From positions 21,266,001 to 21,330,000 of the forward strand of contig OZ210885.1 in NCBI GenBank assembly GCA_964658305.1: a stretch of DNA of 64,000 nt, read 5' to 3'. Of the stretch, positions 11,801 through 24,288 are shown piece by piece; the first letter of the stretch is position 1; each line of letters opens with the position of its first letter. A program made the translations under genes and the position numbers. Origin of the DNA: Leptogorgia sarmentosa. Its lineage: Eukaryota. Under the pieces are notes generated by a model, which saw nothing but the letters and a program-made list of their open reading frames with translations, was not told where the DNA came from and searched no databases.

Positions 11801-13674
11801 TTGACACAACATGGAATGAGTATGCTTTCCACAACGCTTTATAAATTTGTTCCCTAAATGTGAGAATAAAGTAAAATGAGCTAAAATTAGACATTCTTTT
11901 ATTTATAAATGTGAAAGATTATAACTGATTGATATTAATAGTTTTCAGTGTAATATGCGTGCATGCCATTTACATTAAAAAATTGATATACTGAATAGTT
12001 CATTTTCCTATATTACTTGAATCCACATCCTCAATATTTCCTTCGTCTTCCTGATCTTGTTGTTGCCTTTTGGGCGGGCTTGCCATATCGGTTAGGGTGT
12101 TCTCGCATGACGATTTTCTTTTTTCCCATTGTTGTAAATGCTCCTCACTAAATAGATAAATTTTTGTCATGATGAGAGCTGACAAGGGAAATGACAGATG
12201 TGTTGGTTTCAGTGAGATCTCACTCTAATTAAACCCTTTTGTCGCCTTTTTTTGACCTGGCTAGAATCTTGCACACATGAAACAAATATTAAAATACTTT
12301 ATTATATATATTGTTAAAATATATTTTAATAGCTAAAAACATGCTTTGATCACCTTTCTTTATTTTCAAGTTCTAAGGATGTCTGGTAGTCTCGTAATGA
12401 GATTCCATGTTTCGCTAGTGTTTCTGCAAAGCTCATCTTCATGTTTACATCTGAAGGCACTGGTGATTTCAGAAGGAACTGCACCTTGAAATGAGAGAAA
12501 ATGAAATTAAAAATGTATACATGGAGGAAAAATGTCGATGACTGCTATATAAGCGGTTTTTTTCAAATACAAAATCATTATGTTATAACACGACTCAACT
12601 CGGTTTACGCTATTAAGAAAACAGCATATTTTTAATATATACATATGTGTGATAACGTTTCGATTAACGAAATGCCAATAGAGTTCTCGATACCACATAG
12701 ATAGAGCAAATACTATAGTTTTACCCGAAAAAGGTGTCACTACAGCCAAAAGGAATTATCATTTTTTTTAAATTCTTGTTTTCAGCCACCAGACGATTCC
12801 TCTTGGATGAATTAAACAGGCTGTTGCACGAAAATCTCTATATAGCTACTGATATAAATAAACATCAGAATTATACGCGTATTATATACTTACATTGGAT
12901 TTATTTCGCTTGATGTAATATTGCCGTTTTTCTCAGAGACACTTCTCCACCAGAGACGTTAGAATGCATTTTCTTTATTTTTGTTTAGACGAGAAGAAGA
13001 CTTAAAGAAACGATTTTCCCGCTAGTCAAAAGTATTGTTCTTATGACCTTTATGTCTTCCTCAGGAACTTCCACGACATAGTGCGCAAGGGAGATGCCCA
13101 ACTCGTCATCACTTTCGCCTTTTTTGCTAGTAAATGGTGATTTGCAATTCATGAAACCTGTGAAAGACATATCGTGAATACTGAAAATTCGTTTTTTGTT
13201 TCATCTGTACTTTACTTATTCATTTCCCCCCATAAAATCAGGGTATGAATAAGTCGATCTATATTACCCTATTCTGTGTGATGTTTCCTGCGGTCATCAT
13301 GTCTGTCTCAATTAATCATATATGCATGCAGATAGTTTCGTTTGAATTCGTTTCACTAATTAATAGCTTCTTTAATCTATACTTTCCTTTGGAATCTATG
13401 CTAGAATCTATACTTTTCTTAATTTTTAATGTTGAGCTATAATATGAAAGTGGCTGTAAATCATTCCCATTTGAAAGCTACTAAGAACTTATATACATTA
13501 ATTTCGTTGTTTCAGCATGGCCTGTCCCGTTGATTCGGGTGAGGTTCTGCAGGATTACATCGCGATTAGTTGCTTTTGTGCTCACTCATGCAGTGTTGGT
13601 GATTTGCTCATCAGGCCGAGAGAACATGATGTCTATGCATAATTATTCGTTATGAACACGCTACCTTGTGTGAT

Positions 13675-14270
13675 ATGGGTGAGATTTCGCCAGTGGTGAG
13701 GTCACCGTGCTTAATATCGGCGGGCTTTTGTCAGAGATGAGATTACAGTCGTTCACTATGCGCGAGATTTCACGAGCGACGAGTTAGATGTTATATGGGC
13801 GAGATTTCGCCGCACAGCAATTACAGTGGTTGACGTGGGCGAGGTTTCGCCAGGCACGAGTTTGCCGTCGTCAATAGGCGCGAGATTTCGCGATCGACCA
13901 GCTTATAGATGCTGTGGGGGCGAGATTTCGCCACAAAGCAATTACAGTGGTTGACGTCGGGGAGGTTTCGCCAGGCACGAGTTTACAGCCATCAATAGGC
14001 GCGAGATTTCCCGAGCGACAAGCTTATAGATGCTGTAGGGGCGAAATTTAGCACAAAGCAATTACAGTGGTTGATATGGGCGAGGTTTCGCCAGGCACGA
14101 GTTTACAGTCGTCAATTATAGGGTCTAGATTTCATGAGCGACGAGTTTATAGATGCCATAGGGGCGAGATTTCGCCAGCGAACCATTACAGTGGTTGATG
14201 TGGGCGAGGTTTCATCAGGGACGAGTTTATAGAGGTTATATGGGCGAGCGTTCGCCAGAGCAACATTGCA
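13675..14270. repeat. GC-rich minisatellite, ~39-40 bp subunits in ~118 bp higher-order units
   Basis: Recurrent core GGGCGAGATTTCGCC / GGCGAGGTTTCGCC / GCGCGAGATTTCGCG, with three linker types cycling (GCAATTACAGTGGTTGA, AGGCACGAGTTT, GCTTATAGATGCTG). Confidence 0.9.
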
Positions 14271-14439
14271 GTGGTTCCTTCTACACAGGAACCTGAAGGT
14301 GGGGTCCACTCGGTCTTTTCCTGCAGGTCCGGAGATATGAGCGCTTTGAAACAGGGTATCTCAGCCAGCCCTCCCTGCGTTTGCGGGGTCTTGGCGATCA
14401 TGTCCTTGCCGACCTTTTCGGGGTCAGATCTAGGGACTT

Positions 14440-14818
14440 CGTTTGTTTGTTGTAGGGACGGGTACCTCCTACTCGAAGAATCGGTGGCGCAGATGCCTGT
14501 CATGCAATAGGTTAATTCTTCCGGCAACCCTGTGTTGGTCAGATATGACGGCCATTCAGAATCTTGTTGCACACGTTTCCCAGGTAGAAAAAGGCCTGGC
14601 GTTGGGAGATGTCAATACTCTGACCTTACGGGATCCCCGGACGTTCCATGTGGGGGAACTGCATAATCATGTCCAATCGTGGACGGCGATGGCCTCGCGC
14701 AATCCTTTTCCCAATCATGTGGAAGTTTTAACTTGGATTGAACATAGGGTCTCGGTTTTCCCCTATTTTCAGCATTTTAAAGGAACCTACCAACAAATGT
14801 CGTATGACTCTGACCGCC
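14440..14818 (+). pseudogene. Fragment of DIRS/PAT-like tyrosine-recombinase retrotransposon (region upstream of the RT core)
   Basis: LTLRDPRTFHVGELHNHVQSW..VLTWIEHRVSVFPYFQHFKGTY..YDSDRP resembles the pre-RT segment of invertebrate DIRS-like pol; it ends abruptly at ~14820. Confidence 0.5.
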
Positions 14819-14847
14819 CAGCGTTCAGGAGGAAATTTAGTTTGGGG

Positions 14848-14908
14848 GGTTAAGGAATGAGTATTGGGTTAAGGAATAAGTATTGGGTTAAGGAATGAGT
14901 TTTGGGTG
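14848..14908. repeat. 19-bp tandem repeat x3 (GGGTTAAGGAATGAGTATT)
   Basis: Directly visible in the sequence. Confidence 0.85.
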
Positions 14909-14962
14909 AATGAGAGTGTATGAGGATGGGCGTATAGACAAAAAAGGATCAGGTTGGACGCT

Positions 14963-15347
14963 GGCGCTGATCAACATTGCCATACCTTAAATAAACTGAG
15001 CATGAAGTCAAGCAATGAGAAATAGTATACTATTCTCAATGCTTGTAATGATATGTGAACAACAAATTAAGGACAAACAAAGGTTTTATCAAGCATAATG
15101 GCATAGATTATGCGCATGAATGGGTAACAAAGCTATAAAAGGTGGAAAACGCCATGAACTCGGCTCTTGTTCAGTTACACCGTTGAGAAGCAAGTGGCAA
15201 GCGACCCACACACCCACCCCGGAATTCGGGTGAGTAGTGCGCCGCAACTCCACGCCAAGCTCAAAGCTTGGCGTGGGGCGCTGATCAACATTGCCATACC
15301 TTAAATAAACTGAGCATGAAGTCGAGCAATGAGAAATAGTATACTAT
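14963..15347. repeat. ~70 bp direct repeat (14963-15033 and 15277-15347) with a 12-bp-stem hairpin just before the second copy
   Basis: GGCGCTGATCAACATTGCCATACC...AGTATACTAT occurs twice. CCACGCCAAGCT-CAA-AGCTTGGCGTGG lies at 15250-15276. Confidence 0.85.
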
Positions 15348-18300
15348 ATGAACACAATTATACAAATGTTTCAATGTAAAATGCTATAATAATTTATTTA
15401 GTTATGCAATAATTAACAATTACAATCCAAAACTCGCAACCTAATTCCCAAAGGCCCCTTAATATTATTGCCCAAAGAAGGTCACTACTGGGTTAACCTT
15501 GTGCAATCACCCAAAAAGAAAAGAGTTTGAATCAAGCAAACGTGGAAAATCCATTTCAGCTTGTACAATGTACATACTAGGTATTTGACCTATGCGAATG
15601 AAACGGCCCGTTGAATGACTAATTTTTTGGTCGCACGCACTGCTTGCACGCACTGCTTGCGGGTTCTTTGCCAACAAAATAAAATAAAATAAAACAAAAT
15701 AAATCGATTTCAGTTGAAAACAACATTTATTTGGTATTGCATCCTCTATAATCTTGACAATTTCTTCCTCATCGACTCAAGCAAACCTTGAACATGAACT
15801 GGCAGCCTCGCCGGTGGCAGCCATTTTCAGTAATGCACGTTTTTTATGCGTTATTGTCAATAACGCACTGGCAGAATTCATTGTTGCCAGGTAACAAAAA
15901 CACATGTGATCGATTTTTACCAATCACGTGCGTGCATTTTGTACAGTGAACAAAAATTATATATTAATATATAGATACATATATGTTTCAAGTGAGGTGA
16001 TTGATATTTGTGTATTTCTATGATGTCGTACTGTGACAACCTGCGTTTTGTGATATACACAACAGGCACTCATGCCATATCTGTTTTTCCTTTGTTCTTT
16101 TCAATATGTTGCATTTGTATTCACCAATTGTATAGGAAAAATTGCATTAAAGGATAACACACATATAAGCAGTGATGCGTAGCTATCACGTTTATTATAT
16201 AACTGGTTTTGATCGTAATGGTTGAGATAACTTGATGATATGTTTCGCTCTTTGTGAGCACTATGGTGTATTTCGGAATTCCAAACTAACCGATTTTTAT
16301 TTTAAATCCTAATTTAATGTATTAAATTGTTTTAAATCATAATTTATGATATCCTGAAAGTGATTATAATTCAAACATAGCAAAAAAATTAAAGTCATAA
16401 TTAATCAGTATGCAAGCATGTAGTACATTATATATGGTTTGCGACACTCTTGCTGTGCTGTGCAGACAAAATATAATTTGCTCACTTAATTGATATTTTA
16501 TTAATCGCAATAAATGAGTCGTGTTTATTTCCAGCTAATCGGAATTAATTTTATTGACTATAAATATATATAAAGAGTCCTAATAATAATATATGAAGTT
16601 TCCTAATAATAATAATTGTTTAGCTACTCGTTATATATTAAGATCAATAGAATACTAGCTGAGTACAAGTATAGAAATGAAAAGTTGTCCGAAATGATTG
16701 ACTTAAATTGCGTGATATGAAAAGTATAAGGTGTATACCCTTGCCATTATATTATAATAGTTTAAATATGTACATTTTCCTCCGATAATACTATAAACAC
16801 AATAAATGTAACAAACCTGTTTTGAGCACCACTGCTGTCCAGATCACTAAAGGCTCGTTCCAAGCCGGCTTTACTTCAACAGAAGAGTGGGAAAGACAAA
16901 AAGAAACGAGCGACAGAAGACCAATTAAAACCGTAGTCTTTTGCTGTTTCATAGTCTTGCCCCACAACTCACATACCTGAAAAGTCAGACAATTAAAGCG
17001 TTATGTGTGTGTATAATAGAATATATAACATAATATATGCTTCTATACAACAAACACTAAACTAAAACATACTATTTGTATATAGCTTTTAAAAGCACTA
17101 ATAATTATGCAATACTCTAGCTGTTACTGGTAGGTCTTTCATGAACTTTATATTGACCTAATGACAGAGGTTAAATTTATAGTTCTCTGGATTTCTTTCT
17201 AACAATCTTCAAATCGGATCTTTTACAACCTATATATGTAAACAATTTGTTACCTTTTCCAATCTTTTTGGAAACAAATCCCAGTTGACATCGATTTCAT
17301 AACAAGCATCTAAATTCCTCTCTACATTCAATGCTTTATTACATACAGCCATTTTTTCCGTATTCTTTTGCTCAGTTTTGACTTTCAATGTTTTTGCGAT
17401 GAACTTTGTCGCAACACTAAACTCAATTGTTTCCCCGATCCCATATAATGACAGGGAAAACAGCAAGGACCATTGTGTAAATCATAACGGCTTATTTATT
17501 TACCATCTTTTTACCTAAATTGATTTCGTGACCACTATAAAGGTCGTATTATAAAGATGAAATATAGCGTGTTCAATCTCAACGATTGCATGTGGCCAAA
17601 TTTGCAAAGATTCTGATATCAATTGTCAACACTTCCATGCACTGATCTACTCCATGTCTGCACTGAAGCATAATTATTATGACTGACGATTACAAATAAG
17701 ATGTCAAAACACTGAATGAAATGAAAATGAAATAATTTTTTATGTGTATTTTCTTATCCTTTTCCAAAAAATGAATAATTCGCATGATTACGTGACTAAA
17801 GGTCCCCCAGACACACATTGTATGCACTTGCGTGTTTCGCTCGCAGCATGAAAATACATAGTTTTCAAAATATTTATAAAGAAGTGAAAAGAAGAAGAAG
17901 TGACTTGGGATCTCTCAAGTTAAGTTATATTGTTATGTTCAATAAAGGTTGTCCTTTACCACCTATAAGCTCTAAACCCTAAACTTTCAACTCTAAACGT
18001 TTAGGTGTCATACATATTTAGCGGAGAACATTTTTTAAAGAGACATGAAATACCTCCCTCCGAGCATAATAGTGATATTCAAAAATATAATGGAAATATT
18101 CAACGACAAAGTTGGAAACTTGTTGCCCTTCTCTCATTACGTTTTCCACGCTTTGAGTTTGATGTTGATGTTGAAGGTTAAAGTTCAGACTTTGGACAAC
18201 TTTGTTTGAATTAGATATATGTAGTTATCTAGGTTCAAGTATAGCTAATAAGTAAGGATGTAAAGGTAACAAATTAGAAACATTGTGCGTGATAACTCAA

Positions 18301-21300
18301 ATTAGAGCTACGCAATATTCTTTGTTGAACTTCATGCATCATTAGCCTTCACTATGTATATACCTAGAACTCAAATCCAACTCGGTAAAATAAACCTTAT
18401 TTGAATGAGACGTTATAGTCAGTGCAGATTTATTGATTTGCATGTTATCGCAAAATTAGATGTGCGTTTTGTTTCATTTGTACAACCAAATTTTGTAATT
18501 TGTTAGTTAACTGTATGTTAGTTAAATATATTTAAAAATTTGCATGCAATGTTAGATTAACAAATAGACAATTCCAGCTCACAACTAAAATCTCTTACTT
18601 ATAATTCCATCAAAGTGCTTGTTGGAATTTTATCGCGAATTGTTGCAAAATGTGGAAAATATAGCTGTGAGAAATCGGCAAAGTTTGTCTATTTTCGTAT
18701 TACGATCGAGTATAGAGATTTGCACTTTATTTGCCAAATTTCTGCTCGTGAAACGAAACGAGGAATACATAATTTGCAAAGTTCGCAAGCTAGCTCGCAT
18801 TTTACATGCAGCATTTTGCGGCAAACTCTAATTTGTCTCGTGCCACATAAAACGTCTTGCGTGTGTCATCTCCTGGCGGATGTGACAAATTTTCGTGCAT
18901 CATTGTGATGTAATGCAACGTGTTGAAACATTGAAAACAGAGCTCATGAAAAAAGGCGACTCGTGCATGCATGTGAATATTATAAATAGGGATTTTAACG
19001 CACTAAATAAACAATTTAGTATATCGGTAAAAATATAAAATGAATTCCTTCTTTGAGAATCCTCTGAAAATGTTCCGTTTGTTTTATGTCCTAAGTGTAA
19101 TTGGGACACCGGTACTATACGTAACGAGCATTGTGAGAACTGTCTACAACTATGTGTGTGGCGAGACCCCTGGTAGTCGCGAATGTAGCGTGGAATCTAA
19201 ACCTAGTGAGATGGAAGAGGGACTATGTGAAAATTTCTGTGCGTCTGTTGATAATCTGTTCCACTTATTCCCTGAGATATCAAGCTTCACTGAAGCATCA
19301 AATAATTTTTTCAAACAATTTCATGACTTCTCTTTGGAGATCGGTGTGCCTGTAGCAACAGTTTTAGTGTCCAAAAAAAAAAAATGCAGAAAGTGTGAAA
19401 GCCCCTGCAAGTAGACGAGAATTGGAAACCAATTGTTGTGTATCACTTAATTCGTGGAACCTATCTTGGTTGTCGTTTTACGAAGATACGTTGTAAATGC
19501 AAAATTTATGAACATTACGGTTTCTTTACTGAAAACGGCCAAAGAATGTTTGAACCAGATTGCTTGAGCGAGGAGTTTCTCATGAGCACAGATGAAACTG
19601 CAATAGATATGATGCTGCTTAAATACCTGAATGAGGATGTGACTCAAGGAGCAGTACCGTTTCTATTAAAGTCGAAGGTCTACAATACTGTTCATGGTTA
19701 TTCACAAAATGGCGAGGATGCAAACAGTCAAGTTACCAAGAAGAGGTACTTCTTAAAGTACATGCATTATGTTCTAGTAATCTAGTTTGGTTTGCCAGTT
19801 TTTGTGAGGTTTTATAAATACGATCACTGAATATGCAGTGATCCCCGATTTTTCTAATACATTGTCCATAATTATAGGAAACGTGTATTGCATGTGTATT
19901 GACTTTAATTGATCAGCTTTTCCCGACCATAAAATGTCCTTGATGCATTTCAATTTCTTCAAATAGGAAATTCAGTGGAAGTATGGATATGAAGAGCAAA
20001 TTGCAAAGCCGAATGTGCTTGGATAGACGTCGTTTGGAGGAAGCATTCTTGCTTTGAAAAACACATTTTAAGTATGACCTGGATCTTCATCATGTCAGTC
20101 ATAATCGAAATGAATTAATGCGCAGTGTCGTTGACAAATTTAAAGAGAAATTTGAAGCAACATGGTCAGGTTAGTATGCAAGTTTGACTTTCTGGATTTG
20201 CGATGCACAAAAGGCAATAATGACCTGACCGATTATTTCCTTGACTATTCCACATTCTTTTAAAATTATCGTCATCTTTATTGTTGGTTTCGTGGAATAT
20301 TATGGGTTTAAATACATGCCTAATATTTTCACACCATGGCTGCTGGAGTCGTTTAGGACACTATAGTTTGAATTTTGACATCGGCTGATTTAATTACGCA
20401 CCCAAAACTTTTTTTTTTAAAAGCATTTTAGACCCCCTAAACTTTTTAAAAACATTTTTAGTTACTAAAATTTTTCACTTAACATATCTCTTCCATTGTA
20501 AATATAGTAATCCTTAATGTTAATAATAAAATTGTATATTTCTTTTCACACCATGTAGGTCACAAATGCGACAAAATCGGGTGTGGAACTGTATTAGTAG
20601 TCGATGGAAACATGAAAAATGCTCGCACAGTTTGCAGCGTGAAAAATGTTGGTCAACTCATCTTTGAAGGCATTGGAAACGTTGTAGTTGGTGGGTATAA
20701 ATATTAAAACATACACCTTCATATTACAGGCATGCATTTATGTGTTTGTTTGTCCGCACAACAAGTCCCTAAACTTAAATAAAAAATGTTGTAAGAATGA
20801 TTATTGAAGCGCAAGTTTATATAAGCTGTGAAATGACTGATAGCTATCATGCATACGTATATTTCCAGGTCTCTGTTCATTAATTTATATGTTTTTCCAG
20901 TTATAGCAAGAATGGTTTTGAGAAATTCAGTCAACTGCATGTCAAGTGTTAAACTGCAAAAAAACTATAGCAGGCATCCCGCATATATAAGTCATTTGCA
21001 TATCTCGTTCAACACGCAACTGATCATGGTTTTAATGGTTTATAGTTAGAAGATATTATTTTATCTGGGTAAAAATATAATAATAATAACGTTTGCTCAT
21101 TTTTTAGGTTGTCAAAACACACCTGCTTTTCAGAGTAAAGTTTGTGTGGATCATAAACGAACTGCGCGCACATACCTAGATGAAAGTACTCACACAGGCG
21201 AAGATATTCATTTTCCAACAATAATGCAGTTTCCAACGAAGAATATTTGGCAATGCAAAAGATTATGAATACCAAAAGCACGAGACAGGGTAAACTTTAC

Positions 21301-21489
21301 CAGGTAAACACTGCCTCTTTGAAAGATATGGTAATTTTCTGAGTCTTCAAACATCCTCATAATTTTTCATACATTGTTGTTTACCCGTGCGTCCCTGTAT
21401 GCGAGACTCTCAATGACTGCATGCATGTTTCATTTTGCATGGATTTTTTTGAACATTTTCCCTAGATGATTATAAAAAAATCATGGCTG

Positions 21490-21668
21490 CGTGAAACGAG
21501 GATGGGAGTTGCGGGCTGGTAGTCATGTATGGGCAACCATAGGCTTTACACTGAAAGTTTAGTAACAAGTGTTTTCACTATGTTAACCTCAATAAAATAC
21601 TAGACTCCAGTTTAGCGAATATCGTGTGACAACTAGATATCCCCAACTCTTATCCTCATTTGATCCAG
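21490..21668. mobile_element. Degenerate MITE in an intron of the KDZ-like gene
   Basis: AAACGAGGATGGGAGTTG and CAACTCTTATCCTCATTT are imperfect inverted repeats. Confidence 0.4.
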
Positions 21669-23058
21669 ATTTAATTAATAAATGTTATAAATTGAGTGTA
21701 TAAGTATGGGATTATTTGTTCCCAAAGTTTACGATTCCTGTATATCTTATTTATTCACAACCTTTCCCATCATGGTAACTTGTGATGCACGAATTTGTCA
21801 TATAAGAAACTTGACCATGCGAAGCTTCAAACTAGCTATACAAGGGATATATGTAGCTTACTGATATACAAGGTATATGTAAAGGAGATCATTTCAAATT
21901 TTAATTAACCTACAGCTCTAATCCTGCAGATTTGAAGATTGTTGAATTAAAAATAAGAAATTTATTTAATTTTTTGATACACCTTGTATATTTTATAATG
22001 TATATGCTTGAATGCCTTCTTGTTAATTACGTTCAAATCAAAAGAGGTATTAATTTTAAATCTTAAAATTTCATACAGGTTCAATGGTGCGACGGGAAGG
22101 TGTCATGGTTACGGGAAGCGAACTTGCCACAATCGGTCAAAAATGCTATCAATTAAAGGCAACATATCTTGAAACCAAAAGTCATTCGCGACTTTGTAGT
22201 GTCCCGAATGGTGATGTGCATTTAATTCATGAATTGTACATGTTTTTAAAGCAATGGTTTTGCCGTTTCCTCAAAAGATGATGCCACTGTTAATGAGTCT
22301 GATGCCACTGCCCGTGTCTTAGCTTGTGGAACTAAGAATATGAAAACAGCTGGTAAAAAGTTGATCAGTTGTTTTTACGTCGATATGTGCGTTAATGTTA
22401 CTAATAAATGCATGCATGTCATATTCAAAATTCCAATTGAAATCTAACTTTTATATTGAAAGGATGTTTGGTTTTCCAATGGCCATGTGGAGTTATTGTA
22501 TCCATCGAAGAAATGTTTAACTGCGAATCAAAAAGCCAAGTGTATGGGCATCTTCATCATCTTCTGCAAAGAAACCAACTTTCATCCGTTGGTAAGTTTT
22601 TATAGAAACATTTACATATTATATTTACATAGGCTTCTGATCGCACTTAGAAATCACGAATTTTTACCAAGAATATCGTTAGCATTGGCAAAATTCATAT
22701 ATATATATGCTGTGTATTAGACAAAAACGAAACTCTGTCTCGCTTGAATTCTGTACCCGGTAATATAAAGCCAGGTGAAGGTGTTAATTGAAATCCTTGA
22801 TAATTGCATGCATGCATGCATGTATGCATGTAGAATGTAGCGAAATCTATAGGGTTAAGTTGTTCGAAAGATTTGAGACAATATTTTTTTACATATAGAA
22901 GTTATTTACTATGACGACGGATGCCATCTCGCATTCATTGCAGGGTGTATTACTGAACAATTATTTACATAATTTATATTTACATATGTACAACCTATTA
23001 CACAGTCTACCTACATCAGAATATTTCACAGTGATGACCAATAATGTGCACACATCAT

Positions 23059-24288
23059 CTATCTACACTCCCTGCAGTGAAAAACTGTTTTTGCAGTTAC
23101 TTCTGTTGGTACATTCTCACAAATCATGTGAAACCATCCTTTGCACTTCATGCACTGTATCATGAATGTCCCTTCTGCATAGGGCATTCTGCAATGGCAA
23201 AACAATGGTTCCGTTTCTTGCCTGCTCTTCCCAGCCTTCCGTGCTGCTGATTTCACAGGGAATGTGGAAATCTGATCACATGCCAAGCATAGTGCCAAAT
23301 GTTCCCTCATAATGCTTTGGTCATAGTTCTGCAAGCTCGGGTTGTCACCATTGCAGAGACTCACAGCCACAGCAATTGCAAAGAGGCCACAGTCTGATCC
23401 ACCTTTCTGCCTTTTTAGGGATGGCCACTCAACAACCATATTTGCCGAACTTGTGTTGAGCAAAGCAGCTAAGCATGCCAAAAATTTCGGCCTGGAAGAC
23501 TTTGGGGCTTGGCGATAAAGTGAATCTGAATCATACACTTTAATGCCATTCTCTCCACAGCCAATGTTTGTCACTGTCACCCAATGATCTCCTGATATAT
23601 TTAGTACCTGTATGAAGTCTTTTTGACCTTTGGCCACCTTTGGATGTTCACCCTCGAATGCCAACACAGAGTGTAATCCCTGTACACTAGCATACTGTTG
23701 GGATAACAACCATTGGGTATGGTCCATGTGTTCATCTGTAAGCCATACACCGTCTTCTAGTATGGATAAGACCAATTGTCCTGGATCGGTATTTGCACTG
23801 GGGAGTAGTATATTCTTCCTTTTTCCCGATGGTGGTGGTGTGTTGTCGCATGATGGTGGTGGTGTGTTGTTGCATGATGGTGGTGGTGTGTTGTTGCATG
23901 ATGGTGGTGGTGTGTTGTTGCATGATGGTGGTGGTGTGTTGTTGCATGATGGTGGTGGTGTGTTGTCGCATGGTGGTGGTTGTGGGTTGTCGCATGGTGG
24001 TGGTGTGTTGTCGCATGTATCCAGTGGTTGTGGCATGTTGCCACATGGTGGTGCTTGTAGTGTGTTGTCACATGGTGGTGGTTGTGGCATGTTGTCACAT
24101 GGTGGTGGTTGTGGCATGTTGTCACATGGTGGTGGTTGTGGTGTGTTGTCCTGTGGACAGGTGTTGTGAAGCTCGCTGGTGAAGTATGGCGGGAGTTGCT
24201 CGTATGGAACCTTGTTTTTCAGCACCTGGGCATTTTGTTTCCAAGGCGAAAGAGTGACTCGTTGGAACTGGTCAATGTCCGTAACCCT
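23059..24288 (-). CDS. Ginger1 last exon: Pro/Cys-rich repeats, Ulp1/C48-like cysteine protease, PHD finger (open frame)
   Basis: WLTDEHM..HWVTV..KVYDS..QKGGSDCGLFAIA (His-Asp-Gln-Cys motifs), then LFCHCRMPY..MIQCMKCKGWFHMICENV..FHCREC. Confidence 0.85.
   Translation of the reverse strand, partial: RVTDIDQFQRVTLSPWKQNAQVLKNKVPYEQLPPYFTSELHNTCPQDNTPQPPPCDNMPQPPPCDNMPQPPPCDNTLQAPPCGNMPQPLDTCDNTPPPCDNPQPPPCDNTPPPSCNNTPPPSCNNTPPPSCNNTPPPSCNNTPPPSCDNTPPPSGKRKNILLPSANTDPGQLVLSILEDGVWLTDEHMDHTQWLLSQQYASVQGLHSVLAFEGEHPKVAKGQKDFIQVLNISGDHWVTVTNIGCGENGIKVYDSDSLYRQAPKSSRPKFLACLAALLNTSSANMVVEWPSLKRQKGGSDCGLFAIAVAVSLCNGDNPSLQNYDQSIMREHLALCLACDQISTFPVKSAARKAGKSRQETEPLFCHCRMPYAEGTFMIQCMKCKGWFHMICENVPTEVTAKTVFHCRECR
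23828..24165. repeat. Coding minisatellite (21-24 bp units) encoding CDNTPPP(S/P) repeats
   Basis: GATGGTGGTGGTGTGTTGTTGCAT tandem units. Confidence 0.95.

Noticed and set aside
13675..14270. CRISPR-like array of palindromic repeats
   Set aside because: The 'spacers' are themselves repeated in a three-unit cycle, the cores are degenerate, the context is eukaryotic and there are no cas genes.
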